64,000 bases of DNA from Chiloscyllium plagiosum. Taxonomy: Eukaryota. Positions 50,173 to 62,371 of this stretch are shown in pieces (position 1 is the stretch's first letter; every line of letters starts with the position of its first letter). The notes beneath the pieces are model-generated. The model had not been told where the DNA came from and made no database searches. It worked only from the letters and a program-made list of their open reading frames with translations. The stretch spans positions 10,910,325-10,974,324 of the forward strand of contig NC_057718.1 of assembly GCF_004010195.1 (NCBI RefSeq), written 5' to 3'. A program made the position numbers and the translations under genes.

Positions 50173-50657
50173 CTCATGAGCTCTTCAACCCTTTCTTCCA
50201 GGTCTGTCTCTTCTTCCATGGCATGGAAACTTCCCATCCTCTGGCTATTGGTAGTGTGGAAACGGTTGGGTGACAGCCTGCCATTGGCCACTGACAGTTT
50301 CTCGTTGCTGCAGCTCTCCCGTCCATTCAGGTTAGTGCTGCACGGTGGCGGCGAGGTGTCATAGCTGTTACTCGGAGACGGTGACGCCCCACTGTACTGC
50401 GTCTGTGTGGCGGCTGTGACTGTCGAGGATGAAGCAGGGACATTGTTGCTGTTGCCGTAGGAACTGTTGCTGTTGCCGTAGGAACTGTTGCTGTAGCTGT
50501 GCCGTTTGCCAAATTTCTCGGTGTGTTCCTGGTCGAGCCGGTCCAACGTCTCCAGCGCATGGATTATGTCACGTTTCGTCATCCCGCTCCTCCGAAGTCG
50601 CTGCAGCAAGTCAATCTGTTCGATTGTAAACCTGGGCTCATCCGTGTAGTGTGACAT
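50173..50657 (-). CDS. HMBOX1: HMBOX1 first recognisable coding exon (exon starts at 50667 or 50664; ATG 50657)
   Basis: MSHYTDEPRFTIEQIDLLQRLRRSGMTKRDIIHALETLDRLDQEH...VEELMR|gttggt; upstream exons not securely identified. Confidence 0.96.
50444..50494 (-). repeat. HMBOX1: Perfect 21-nt coding tandem repeat (2.4 copies) in HMBOX1
   Basis: tgttgctgttgccgtaggaac x2 plus partial copy; encodes SNSSYGN twice. Confidence 0.95.
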
Positions 50658-51969
50658 TGTGTTACTGCTAAATGGAGCACAGGAAAAAGGAATTAATTAA
50701 GTCCCCAAATGAAGAACAGTCAGACCAACATCAATTGCCTCCTATTTGGTAACTGCTATCCCACTTTATAATGGAATATAAAAAATGTGGTTCAATTAAC
50801 AACCCAACATCACCAATGCCCAGGGGTTATCATTGAGTTCACCTAGGCACAGTTTCAACATACTACAAAAAGCAGAATCAAAAAGTATCCACACTTGGTG
50901 TAACTTGGTGTTGCTATAGTTATGCACACTATTCATTATTTCAAATTTCTTCCACCGAATGACAGCCTTGTCACTAGCAATTTAATGAATTGTTACAACA
51001 GTGTCTTAGCACGACAAGTTCTGAAAGACAAAATGCTTAACAAGTATTTTGTGGATTTCCTATGGATATAATGCAAGATTTTCACTGCATTCACACCCAA
51101 GCAACTATTATTCAGAATGCGAGCCAAAAAAGTTGTATTCAGATATTTACTTCCTTGTAAAGATACCATGTTATAACAGAAAAGACAACTTCTCCAGTTT
51201 GGCAGCTGAATTCTGCAAAAAAAACAAGGGGCCACTAAAATCAGCCCTTGTAGGGATTGTCGTTATGATGATAATTCATTTCACTTCAGGTCATTTACCA
51301 CCAACGTCATCCTTCCCTCTGACAGGAGGCCAGAACACTGACTGTCACAACCTCTAACATTCCTGACCACAAGATAAGCTTTTTACCACAAACAGCACCA
51401 GACCAGGATTGCTATGGAGGTGAAAATGGATAATGACCCAACTTCACTTCTGACTCAGCTCTTCTGCTAAAACACTTGGTTTTACATTTCTTGCCTCCAG
51501 CCTTGGCCATTTTAACTAACTCTGGCTATCTTGCACATTCAATCTTCTAAGACTTTAAAGATCATTGAAAAATCTTGTCAGCTAGTCCTAGGTTATACCA
51601 AATCGCATTCACCCATCTCACCTGAGCTCTACGGCCTACACTGGCACATGCTCACCAGTGATGCAATTTTAATCTATGTATCCTTGATCTCAAATCTTTA
51701 AATGGCCTCCAACCTCTCCAGCTCTTTTCCTATCTATGGAACTTTCTCCAACACTCCAAAATCTATGCTTGTCCAATTTTGGTTTCATAATATTAATGCT
51801 TCGCTGCTGGTATTCATGCAGTTACCTTCACCCTAAGCTAGGAAATTCCCTTCCAAGACATCCGTGTCTATCCCTCACTTTTCTCCTTTGAGATCCTTAA
51901 TCGATAGTCTTATTTTGTTTTATAATCTTTCTGCAAAGAAACATGGGATGTTTTATTACAAATAATTGA

Positions 51970-53425
51970 GTTATAGAGCACAGAAACAGGCCCTTCGGCC
52001 GACCATGTCTATGCAGACTAACAAACACCAAACTCAACTAATCCCATTTACCTGCACTTGGTCCATAGCCTGCTTTACCTCAGCATTTTAAGCGCTCATC
52101 CAGATGCTTAAGTGTTGTAAGAGCACCTGCCTCCACTAACTTGTCAGACAACACATCCCAACTATCTACCACCCTCTGGGTGAAAAAAGGAATTTTCTCA
52201 AATGTCTTCTAAACCACTTGCCACTTACTTAACCTTCTGTCATCAGGTCTTAGATACATCTACCATGGGGGAAAAGAGATTCTCACACACTATTCTGTTT
52301 GTGCCTGTCAATTTTGTATCTCTCAATTAGATCCCCCCCTCAATCTCCTCTGTTCCATGGAAAACAAACCCAGTCCATCCAGTCTCTCTTCTCAGTGGGC
52401 GGCACAGTGGTTAGCACTGCTGCCTCACAGCGCCAGAGACCCGGGTTCAATTCCCGCCTCAGGCGACTGACTGTGTGGAGTTTGCACATTCTCCCTGTAT
52501 CTGCGTGGGTTTCCTCTGGGTGCTCCGGTTTCCTCCCACAGTCCAAAAATGTGCAGTCAGGTGAATTGGCCATGCTAAATTGCTCGTAGTGTTAGGTGCA
52601 GGGGTAAATGTAGGGGAATGGGTCTGGATGGGTTGCGCTTCGGCGGGTTGGTGTGGACTTGTTGGGCCGAAGGGCCTGTTTCCACACTGTAAGTAATCTA
52701 ATCTAATCTAATCTTAACTGAAACTTGTCATCTCAGACAACATCCTGATAAATCTCCTGTGCACCCTCTCCAGTGCGATCACATTCTTCTGATAGTATGG
52801 CGACCAGAAGTGCATACATTATAAAACATTGCTTACGCCACAAGTAAAGTTGTAACACAACTTCCTTGCTCCTACATTCTACGCCTTGGCTAATGTCGGC
52901 AAGCATCCCAAATGCCTTCTCCACCACCCTGTCTACATGTGCTGACACCTACAATAGCCTTCTACACTGAGGATGCCTTGTTTCTCAGTACTCCCAAGGG
53001 ACCCACCATTGTGTATATCCTTGCCTTTTTTAGATCTCCCAAAACGCATCACCTCACATTTATTGGGACTGAATTCCATCTGTCATTGGTCTGCCCAATT
53101 TTCGGGTTGATCAATATTAGACTGTAGCCTGAGACCATCCTCCTCACTGTCAACAGCACTCCCAATTTTCATGTAATCTGTAAATATACTAATTAAACCT
53201 CCTACATTCACATCCAAGTAGTTAATTAACATAACAAACAGCAAGGTCCCAGCACTGATCCCTGTGGTACACCACTGGTTACAGGCTTCCAAGCACAAAA
53301 ACAACCCTCCATCATCCTTCGCCTATTTGTTAGCCAGTTTTTGAATCTAACAGGCTCTTAACTTTTGTACTAGTCTTCCAAGTGGAACCTTGTCGAAATC
53401 CATGTAAACCACATTAACTACACTA
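51970..53425 (-). mobile_element. Decayed CR1 LINE 3' region
   Basis: Frameshifted RT motifs (LLFVMLINYLD..ISIFTDYMKIG, VVEKAFGMLA) and CR1 tail. Confidence 0.8.
52397..52713 (+). mobile_element. Young HE1-type V-SINE inserted in CR1
   Basis: Complete gggcggcacagtggttagcac head, CpG-rich, (taatc)n tail. Confidence 0.92.
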
Positions 53426-53725
53426 CTCTCATCAATATACTCGGTATATTTAGCAAATAATTAAATGTGCTATATTAAAACAAGATTGCTGTTAAATCCA
53501 TCTCAATTGATGACAACCATTCTGAAGAGGAGTCATTGGAGTTCAAACATTAACTTGGTTTATCTTTCCACAGATGCTGCCAGACCTGGTGGGTTTCTCC
53601 TGCATTTTGTTTTTATTTCAGTTTTTCAGCATTTGTAATACTTCGCTTTTACTTGTGACAAGACAGCTGTTTATTATGTTGACAGACTGTTTGACCCAGT
53701 CTGTGGAAAGTTCATATCGCGATAC

Positions 53726-54203
53726 TGTTGTCCCGTTTTCCTGTCCCCGTATCAGTCAAAGCAAACACTCAGAGACACAGTATGGCTTTACCTTCTCCAA
53801 CTTTATTCTGCATCCTGGAGGGAGGGACAGAATGATTGCCCATGTGCACAGAGGTATGAGTTCTTGGTCTTCTCTCAAACAGCAGATTCTTAATGAATTA
53901 TATTGCACTTACAGGGAGCAGCATCCAAATAAGGCAACATCGATATTGATTGTAACAGTCACCCAATCAGTGAGCAAAGGTAAAGATTAAGCCATCTGGC
54001 ATTATATAATGAATGTTCTTAACCTTGTTAACTGGCTTCACATAATGAATGCTTTTTCACCACGTTAACCCATTACCCTTGCTTCCAGCACCTCATTGTT
54101 TACTGCAAGGTCTTATCTGGTCAAAGTCATGCTCGCTGAGCCTTTGTTACACAACCCAAAACCTAACCCTTCCTTACCTGCTCATACCTTATACACTTTC
54201 TCA
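53726..54203 (-). mobile_element. Solo LTR (family X)
   Basis: Minus strand TGAGAA...GACAACA with internal AATAAA; flanks ATAC/ATAT; homologous to 57292-57808. Confidence 0.75.
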
Positions 54204-55717
54204 ATATGAAGGTATTTCCCATAATTGAACACAGCAGTTATGACACGGGGTCTCTTGTCACCTTTGCATTAGTGTGTGCGGAGAGAGGACCATTTCCGCT
54301 TGAATCCACATACACAGGATTGTGCATTTACACTCATTGCTGGCATAACAGCTCTAAGGATATCAATAGAATGACGACACCAAGTTTGAAAATCCAATAA
54401 ATCCAATTCTTAAAACTACATAGACAGTTTTGCCCTACCAGGCAGTGTCAAAGTAATCTTCTGACTAGTAAAGTCCAATCCCATTCTTATTTGTCCATTT
54501 ATCTAATCGGATTTTGACAGATTTGGGATCAGTAGCTGAGGCAGAAACTGGATTACTTAACCTCATAATTTGCAGCATAAAGAAACATCTCTAGCCCTCT
54601 GTTCTATACTGCTTGTATTTAATCTTGGACCTTTGCTCCAAACCCCTCAACTATAGTCTAAACTGTATTACATTATCTGTAAATGGCTGTTAAAGCCTCA
54701 GTATTTCCAACTGCCTATTGGCATTTCTTCATAACATGCAGCAATGTAGTGAATCTGTAATGTATCGGATTTAAAGCCTAATTCTGCACAAAGTATTCTA
54801 ACTAAGGTTGTCACTTTTGTTAAAGCTCACCTTCACTGGTATTCTATACAGCAATAAACTCCATTCCTTTTTCGAAAACAAACTGCCTTCCCTATCTAAC
54901 TTTACCATCCCATGAAGTAACCGCACCAAAACAAAAGAAATCTCAAGCTCTTGCATAGCCCCCATGTGCATGACAGTACTTGCATGTCTGCTACATCCTG
55001 AAAGAACTACCAAGTTTGTCAAGCTCAGTTGAGTACTGTGCTGAGTGCTTCTAATTTCATTTTTAAGATAAGTGGCAACTTTGTCTTTACTTAGAGACAT
55101 TAACATTTTCCCAAACAGCTCTGCAATTAACCACATCAACACCCTTCCTAAAAATTGCATACAACACTGGCAACTCTCAGGTCTTTTAACACACAAGTGC
55201 CATTTTGGTGGGTTCTGTAATTTCCTCCTTTAGAATACTAGAGTGTATTCCATCTAGTCCTGCAAAGTTTGCTCACTTTCCCCAATTAATCAAAGGGCTT
55301 TCTCAGTGCAGTGATACTGTCAAAAGCATTTGAAACCCTGGTCAGAAGGTTCAAGTTCCACCTGACATGCTGCATTACGTATCTGAACAGGTTGATTAAA
55401 AACATTTACCTTTCCTTTCATCCTCCTTCATATCACTCAGTTTCCTCTCAACCAACTAAAAAATCAAGTCAACTGGCACTTCAAATTCTAAAGAACAGTC
55501 ATAATAGAGTCAAAATGTTTCTCTCCCCTCTGCTGGCAGAGCTTAGAATTTCTAGCACTGCTTTTAATTCAGATTTCCATTATGCATTGTATTTTGCTTT
55601 TATTTCTGGATTCACTTTCTCCTGGATTTTTCAGGTCTTTTTTCATGTAAAATTTCAGTTGCATCACACTAAACTTTTGGCATAAATTCTGTGTCTTACG
55701 ATCTTATACTCCACAAC

Positions 55718-55752
55718 CACCTGATGAAGGAACAGCGCTCCGAAAGCTAGTG
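55718..55752 (+). ncRNA. Minimal hammerhead ribozyme motif (family B)
   Basis: cac-CTGATGA-a-GGAAC-agc-GCTCC-GAAA-gc-TA-gtg; stem I cac/gtg, palindromic AGCT stem III, one stem II mismatch. Confidence 0.72.
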
Positions 55753-57053
55753 CTTCCAAATAAACCTGTGGGACCAAAACGTGGTGTTGTGAGATTTTAA
55801 TCTTTGTACTGTGTTCTCGTCTTTCCATTAGACCATAAGATGTACGAGCAGAATTAGGTCATACAGCCCATCAGGTCTTCTCTGCCATTTGGTCATGAGT
55901 GAAATGTTTCTCAAGCCCATTCTCCTGTCATCTCCCCATAACTCTTAATCTCTTATTAGTCAAACACCTATCTCTGTCTTAAATACATTCAATCACTTGG
56001 CCTCCATAGCCCTCTGTGATAATGAATTCCACAGATTAACTGTGGAATTGCTCTGGCTGAAGAAATTACTCATTTCCGTTCTAAACGGTCAACCCTTCAC
56101 TCTCAGGCTGTGCCCTTGGGTCCTAGTCTCTCGTCCTACTGGTGGAAATATCTTCTCCACATCCACTCTATCCAATTCTCTCAGTATTCTCTAAGTATTC
56201 TCTAAGTTTAATTGCGATCTTTCCCTCATCCTTCTCAACTTAGTGTCCTCAACTCCTTGTATGACAAGCTCTTCATTCCTGGAAACATTCTTAGGACCCT
56301 CCTGTGGACCCCTTCCAAAACCAGTACATCCTTAGATAGGGCCCAGGATTACCCACAACATTCTAAATTCTGTCTGAGTACAGTCCTGTACAGTCTCAGC
56401 AGTACATCCTCCTCTTGTATTTCAGCCCTTTTGAAATGAATAAATTTGCCTTCATAAGTGCCAACTGAACCTGCATGTTAATCGTAGAAATTAACAAGTC
56501 CCTTTTTGCTTCAGATGTACAAAGCCTTTTCCCATTTAGACAATTGTCTGCACCTCTATTCTTCTCAAAGTGTATAATGTCACACTTTCCCATATTTTAT
56601 TCCGTCTGCCAATTCACTCTCCCAGCCTGTCCAAGCCCTTTTGCAGCATTCACGCTTCCTCACCACAGTCTGTCCACCTGTGTGTCATTTGCAAACTTAG
56701 CAAGAATGCCCCTGGTTTCTTCATCCAGATTGTTAATGTATAACGTGAGGAGCTATGGTCCCAACAATAACTTCTGCAGAGCTCCAACAGTCACTGGCTG
56801 CCATCCTGACAACGACCTCATTGTCCCCATTCTGTCTTCTGCCAGTCAGACAATCCTCATCCATACTAGTATATTGCCCCTCATACCATGGGCTCTTATT
56901 TGCCAGACTCTCGTGCAACACCTTGTCAAAGACCTTCTGGAAATCCAAATCAATTACATCCACTGGCTCTCCTTTGTCTGACTTACTATTACCTCCTCAA
57001 AGAATTCTAACAGATCACGCTGTAGATTTGCTCGCTGAGCTGGTAGATTTGCT

Positions 57054-57095
57054 CTCAGACATTTCGTCACCATGTTAGGTAACGTCATCAGTGAG
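57054..57095 (-). ncRNA. Minimal hammerhead ribozyme motif (family C, beside GIY-YIG remnant)
   Basis: ctca-CTGATGA-c-GTTACC-taacat-GGTGAC-GAAA-tg-TC-tgag; 4-bp stem I, 6-bp stem II. Confidence 0.75.
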
Positions 57096-57291
57096 CCTCT
57101 GATGAAACACTGGTGTACTGTCCCACGTTCTATTTATGTGTCTTGGTTTGTTGTGTTGGGTGATATCACTTCCAGTTCTTTTTCTGAAAGGTTGGTAAAC
57201 GGAGTCCAAATCGACGTGTTTGTTGGAGGAGTTCCAGTTTGAATGCAAGGCCTCTAAGAATTCTCGCGCGTCTTTGTTTAGCACGTCCTCG

Positions 57292-57808
57292 TGAGAATGT
57301 GTGTAGGTTGTGAGCAGGTAGGGAAAGAGTTACGTTGAGTTTTGTGAAACAAGAAGTTCAGCTGAGCATGACTCAGATCAGATAAAAACTTGCAGTTAAC
57401 AATGTGGTACTGGAGGCAAGGGTAATGGGTTAATGTGGAAAAGCATTCATTACGTACAGCCATTTAACAATGTTGGAAGCATTCAGTATGTGAGGTCAGT
57501 TTAACAAGGTGAAAAGTATTCATTATGTGAAGCCAGTTATTCATTGTGTAACAGCAGATGGCTTAATTTTACTATTGACACTCACTGATTGTAATGGTTA
57601 CCCAATCAATGTGTGTGTTGCTCCTCCCTGCAAAATGACTATATGATTCATTAAGAAACTGCTGTTCGAGAGAAGACCGAGAATTCGTGCTCTTGGCATA
57701 TGGGCGATCATTCTCTCTTCCTCCAGGGCCCGGAATAAAGATGAAGGAGGTAAAACTATACGGTCTCTGAGCGTTTTGCTTCGACTATGAGGGGGAAACT
57801 GGACGACA
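57292..57808 (+). mobile_element. Solo LTR (family X) inserted in the Penelope-like element
   Basis: TGAGAA...GACGACA, AATAAA ~57733, flanks CTCG/CCCG; Penelope sequence resumes across the junction. Confidence 0.8.
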
Positions 57809-59039
57809 CCCGGACGCATGTCTCATCCCAGTTGATTTGCGTCCCTCTTCGGCTACGTCTAAGGACAGTTGGTCATATTGTTTGGTGGCTAGTTTCCTGC
57901 CAATCTGTCCAATGTAACGTTTGTTGCAGTCCTTGCAGGTCCAAACACATTGACAAAGAGGAACACCAGCTCGGCTGAGACAATACATCCATCCAGGGAC
58001 AGGCTAAACAAAGGCATGCACAGGAATTCCAAGAGGCCTGGCATTCAAACTGGAACAGCATTAACAAATCTACCAGTTCAGCGAGCAAACTTACAATCTG
58101 ATCCACAACCTGAGTTACAAATCTTCTCCAAAAGCACAAATTTCTTACAGATCTTCAGGCATTACCTCCCCTTGACAAGCTGTGCTAACTTTCACCCTAT
58201 TTTACCATGTAATTCCAAGTACTCCGCAATCTCATCCTTAATAATGAACTCTAAAATCTTATCAATGACTGAGGTTGGACTATCCAACCCATCATCATTT
58301 CCCATCTTCTGCCTCTGGCCATTCTTAAACAGGGGTGCTACATTAGCTATTTTCCAGTCCTCTGGGATCCTGACTCCAGTGGTTCTTGAAAGATCACCAC
58401 CAATGCCTCCACAATCTCCTCAGCTATCTCCCTCAGAACCCACAAGAGTAGTCGGTCTGATCTTGGTAATTTATCCACAGTCAGATTTTTCAGCTTCCTC
58501 AGCACATTCTCCTTAGTGATGGCCCACGACACTCACCTCTGACTCCACCTCTCGAAGTCCTGGTATGCTGCTGGTATCTTCCACAGTGGAAGTTGATGCA
58601 AAGTACCTATTCAGCTCCTCCGCCATTTCTTTGCTCCCCATTACTACTTCTCCAGCCTCATTTTCCAACAGTCCAATGTGTACTCTTGCCTCTCCCTTAC
58701 CTTTATACATCTAAAGAAACTCTTGCAATCTTCTTTTATGTTACTAGCTGGTTTACCCTCCACTATTGCTACTTTAGTAACCCTGTTTTTTTTTTTTAAA
58801 TATAGACCTCCCAATACTCTCTCTCTGAACATTAAAAGAGTTCCACTGCACTGACTGAACATCCTGGACATGGGTGGGAACGACGTTCATGCAGGAATGT
58901 GAATGACTCCCACTCCATTTAGACAGTAATTTGCTACTACTCCCCTACTATTTATCAAATTAAATGATCATTCAATCTTTTCCATTCAGAAATGCTTTCT
59001 AGTTATCCCCTGAAGCTAGGCATATCACACATGTTCTCT

Positions 59040-59408
59040 TGGGGAAATCACTGAGTCAGGAAATCGTCTGCATAATGATTTCCCAGATTAGGGCATTTCC
59101 ATTTGTATTATCTCAAGGATGATCGCATCTGATCACTGTACCTGGGTTAACATGTGACTGTGAGGGAGTGGCTAGGGGTTGTCTTGAGTAGCATGTGGTT
59201 ATTTGGGGGGAGCGGCCAGAGTATCTGTGAGCATGACCAACTGACCTGTATAAAGGGGATGTGTTTTCTTTGTTCAGGGTCTCTCTTCTGACTTGACTTT
59301 GCATGCCTGCGAAGAGTATCAGAGGGGTCACCTCGCTCGTACAAGCTTTAATAAACTTTAACTTTGCAGAAGTTGGTGTGAGAGAAACCTCAGGAAAAGA
59401 ACCTAACA
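59040..59408 (+). mobile_element. Solo LTR (family Y)
   Basis: TG...CA termini, perfect 4-bp TSD CTCT (59036-59039 / 59409-59412), TATAAA ~59249, AATAAA ~59350. Confidence 0.7.
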
Positions 59409-61159
59409 CTCTAACATTCGGATATAAAATAAACAGTGTGATTGAGCCAGTGTCATATAACACTGAAAAATATAAGAACTTATCTAACTGAATTAATATA
59501 TCGTACAACAGTCACATTTGTTTCTGCTGCGAATAGGGTTGGGAGACAGTGTCGACTAACTTATCTAAACATGTATACAATCAAACACAAACCAAACTTC
59601 AATGCAAGTGACTTACTGACGGGAGTGTCATGTTGTAATTGATTCGTGAAGCTAAAGTTTGAAAATGAAATATAATGAAAGTTATCAGCATCTTATTGTT
59701 TAAAAATGCAAGCCGAACTTGGAATCGACATAGTTACACACTTATTCTCAGCAACCAATGCAACCGTCACTGCTTAATAAACACTCAGATTTTTAACCTA
59801 TTGACGACTGGTCATTGTAAGAGGAAAAAGAGCGTATCCAACATCATTTATCTTCAACATACATTTTTTTCTTTTGCCTTTACTGTCCTTGACTTCCCTT
59901 GTCAGCCAAGGTTGCCTCTTCCTCCCGTTAGAATGTTTATTTTACTACCTTGGGGTGAATTTCTGCTGTGTCTCCTGAATTACCCTCAGAAATTCCTGTT
60001 GTTGCTCCATGCTCTTCCCTACTAGGCTCCCCTTCCAATCAATTCTGGCCAGCTCCTCTCTCGTGTCTTTGTAGTTATCTTCACTTGAACTGTCACACAG
60101 TGACATCCAATTCCAGCTTGAGTCACAAATTGCAGGTCAATTCTATTTTATTACGGTCACTGCCCCCTAGGGGTTCCTTCACCTGAAGCTCCCTCATCAA
60201 ACATCACCAAATCCTATTGGACTCTTCCACAAGCTGCATTTAAAGTACATACCCTCAGTCCTATGTCGACCACCTCGTTCTCATCATTGTCCCCTTATCT
60301 ACTGTTCCTGAAGTTAGATTCCTGACCCTTGCCATTATATCTGCCCAATACTAGTTCTGGAAACTTTAATAACCTCTCCTGAGCCTTTCCTACTGTGAAC
60401 CCACTAAATGTTCACAATCTCCTCTACTTTTCTTCTTATTTTACAGCCTCTTTTTCTAATTGTAACTACAAGCCAATTTCTGGTTTACTCATCTCTCTCT
60501 AATCTGCTGGCATCCAAGCAGCTGCTCTAGGTGTTAAGTTTTCACTTTTACAGTATTTAAATCTTAAACCATTTTACATTGAGTTACAATTTTCAAGATA
60601 ATCATCTCCCTGATCTATTTCTTACCTATACCGAATCTATAGAAACACTCCTGCCTCACAGATGTAGTTACATACTGCTCAAGGAAGGAATCCTATAAAT
60701 TTAGAAATTTTGCACAAATTTCATGTTTACATAGAACGTTACAGTGCAATACAGGTCCTTCGGCTCTCTATGTTGCACCGACCTGTGAAAATAATCTGAT
60801 ACCCATTTAACCTACACCTTTCTGTTTTTCTCCATATATCCAATGCTCATTTAAATACCCTTAACATGGGCGAGTCTACTACTGTTGCAGGCAGGCCATT
60901 TCACGCCCTTTCTCCGTGAGTGAAGAAACTATCCCTCATATCTGTCCTAAATCTATCGCCCCTCAATTTAAAGCTATGTCCCTTTGTGTTAGCCTTCACC
61001 ATCTGAGGAAAAAGGCTCTCACTCTCCACCCTATCTAACCCGATGACCTTATACGTCTCAATTAAGTTACATCTCAACCTTCTTCTCTTCAACGAAAACA
61101 GCCTCAGTTCCCTCAGCCTTTTGTCTTAAGACCTCCCTTCCATAGCAGGCAACATCCAG

Positions 61160-62090
61160 GGGGGAATTGAATTGAATTTATTGTCATGTGAATTGAGGCA
61201 CAGTGAAAAGCTTTGTCTTGCAGGCAAGCTAGGCAGATCACACAGTTAAGTAGCATAGATAGTAAATAATAGGTAAACAAACAGCAGCAAAAACAAAAGC
61301 ACAGGTACAAGCAAATGTTAAGAGTTTGAGAGTCCATTCAGTATTCTAACAACAGTAGGATAGAAACTGTTGCAAAACCAGCTAGTGCATATGCTCAGGC
61401 TTCTGTACCTTTTCCCTGATGGTAGGGGGTCATAGAAAAACATTGTCAGGGAGGGATGGATCTTTAAGAACGCTGGCTGCCTTTCCTGGACAGCGGGCCT
61501 GGTAGATGGATTCGACAGATGGAAGGTTGGTCTTTGTGACTGTCCGGGCAGAGTCCACCACTCTCTGTAACCGGCTCCGACCTTGAATGGTATAGTTGCC
61601 ATACCAGGTAGTGATACATCCAGATAGAATGCTCTTGATGGTGCACCTAAACACGTTGGCAAGGGTATTCACCATCATGTCAAAATTTCCTCAGCTGCCT
61701 GAGGATGAAGAGATGTTGTTGGGCCTTTGTAACCAGTGCGTCCACATGAAGAGTCCAAGAAAGCTTGTTGTGGATGACCACTCCCAGGAGCTTGACACTC
61801 TCCACTTATTCCACCTCTGTGCTGTTAACGTATTGGGGTGGTGGTGGGGGGTGCGGCACAAGTAACATCCTACCAAAAGTTAATAATGAGTTTCTTGATT
61901 TTGTCAGCATTGAGAGAGAGGTTGTTCTCGGTGCACCATTTTTCCAGGTCTTCCACCTCCTGTCTGCAACCTGTTTCGTCGCCATCTGAGATTCAACCAA
62001 CTATGGTGGTGTCATCAGTGAACTTGTAAATGGCATTAGTCTGGTATTTGGTGACACAGTCAAGGGTATTACAGTGAGTACAGTAGAGGG
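61160..62090 (-). mobile_element. Rex1/Babar-type non-LTR retrotransposon 3' fragment
   Basis: IYKFTDDTTIVG, FRCTIKSILSGCITTWYGN, LPSGKRYRS..FCNSFYPTVVRILNG; (caatt)n tail; host CR1 catcc duplicated at both junctions. Confidence 0.8.
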
Positions 62091-62199
62091 TCATCCTAGT
62101 AAATTTCCTCTGAACCATTCCCAAAGCTTCCACATCCTTCCTATAATACGGTGACCAGAACTGCTCGCAATACTTTAGGTGGGACCTCACTAGTGTCTT

Positions 62200-62371
62200 C
62201 GAGGAGAAAGTGAGGGCTGCAGATGCTGGAGATCAAAGCTGAAAATGTGTTGCTGTAAAAGCGCAGCAGGTCAGGCAGCATCTTCAGGAAGGGCTTATGC
62301 CCGAAACGTCGATTCTCCTGTTCCTTGGATGCTGCCTGACCTGCTGCGCTTTTCCAGCAACACATTTTCAG
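62200..62371. mobile_element. Fold-back Penelope-like mini-insert with 14-bp flanking duplication
   Basis: CTCACTAGTGTCTT at 62186-62199 and 62372-62385; near-perfect ~46-bp arms around a rearranged hammerhead. Confidence 0.88.

Larger units (their letters stand above)
57013..58110. mobile_element. Penelope-like remnant with inverted termini
   Basis: CKDCNKRYIGQIGRKLAT (GIY-YIG) and REFLEALHSNWNSSNKHVDLD; 57013-57047 is nearly the reverse complement of 58069-58103. Confidence 0.82.
55830..58790 (-). mobile_element. Decayed CR1 LINE interrupted by nested inserts at 57013-58140
   Basis: DVIDLDFQKVFDKVLHE, GKCDIIHF, VLREIAEEIVEALVVIFQ, MAEELNRYFAS. Confidence 0.85.
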
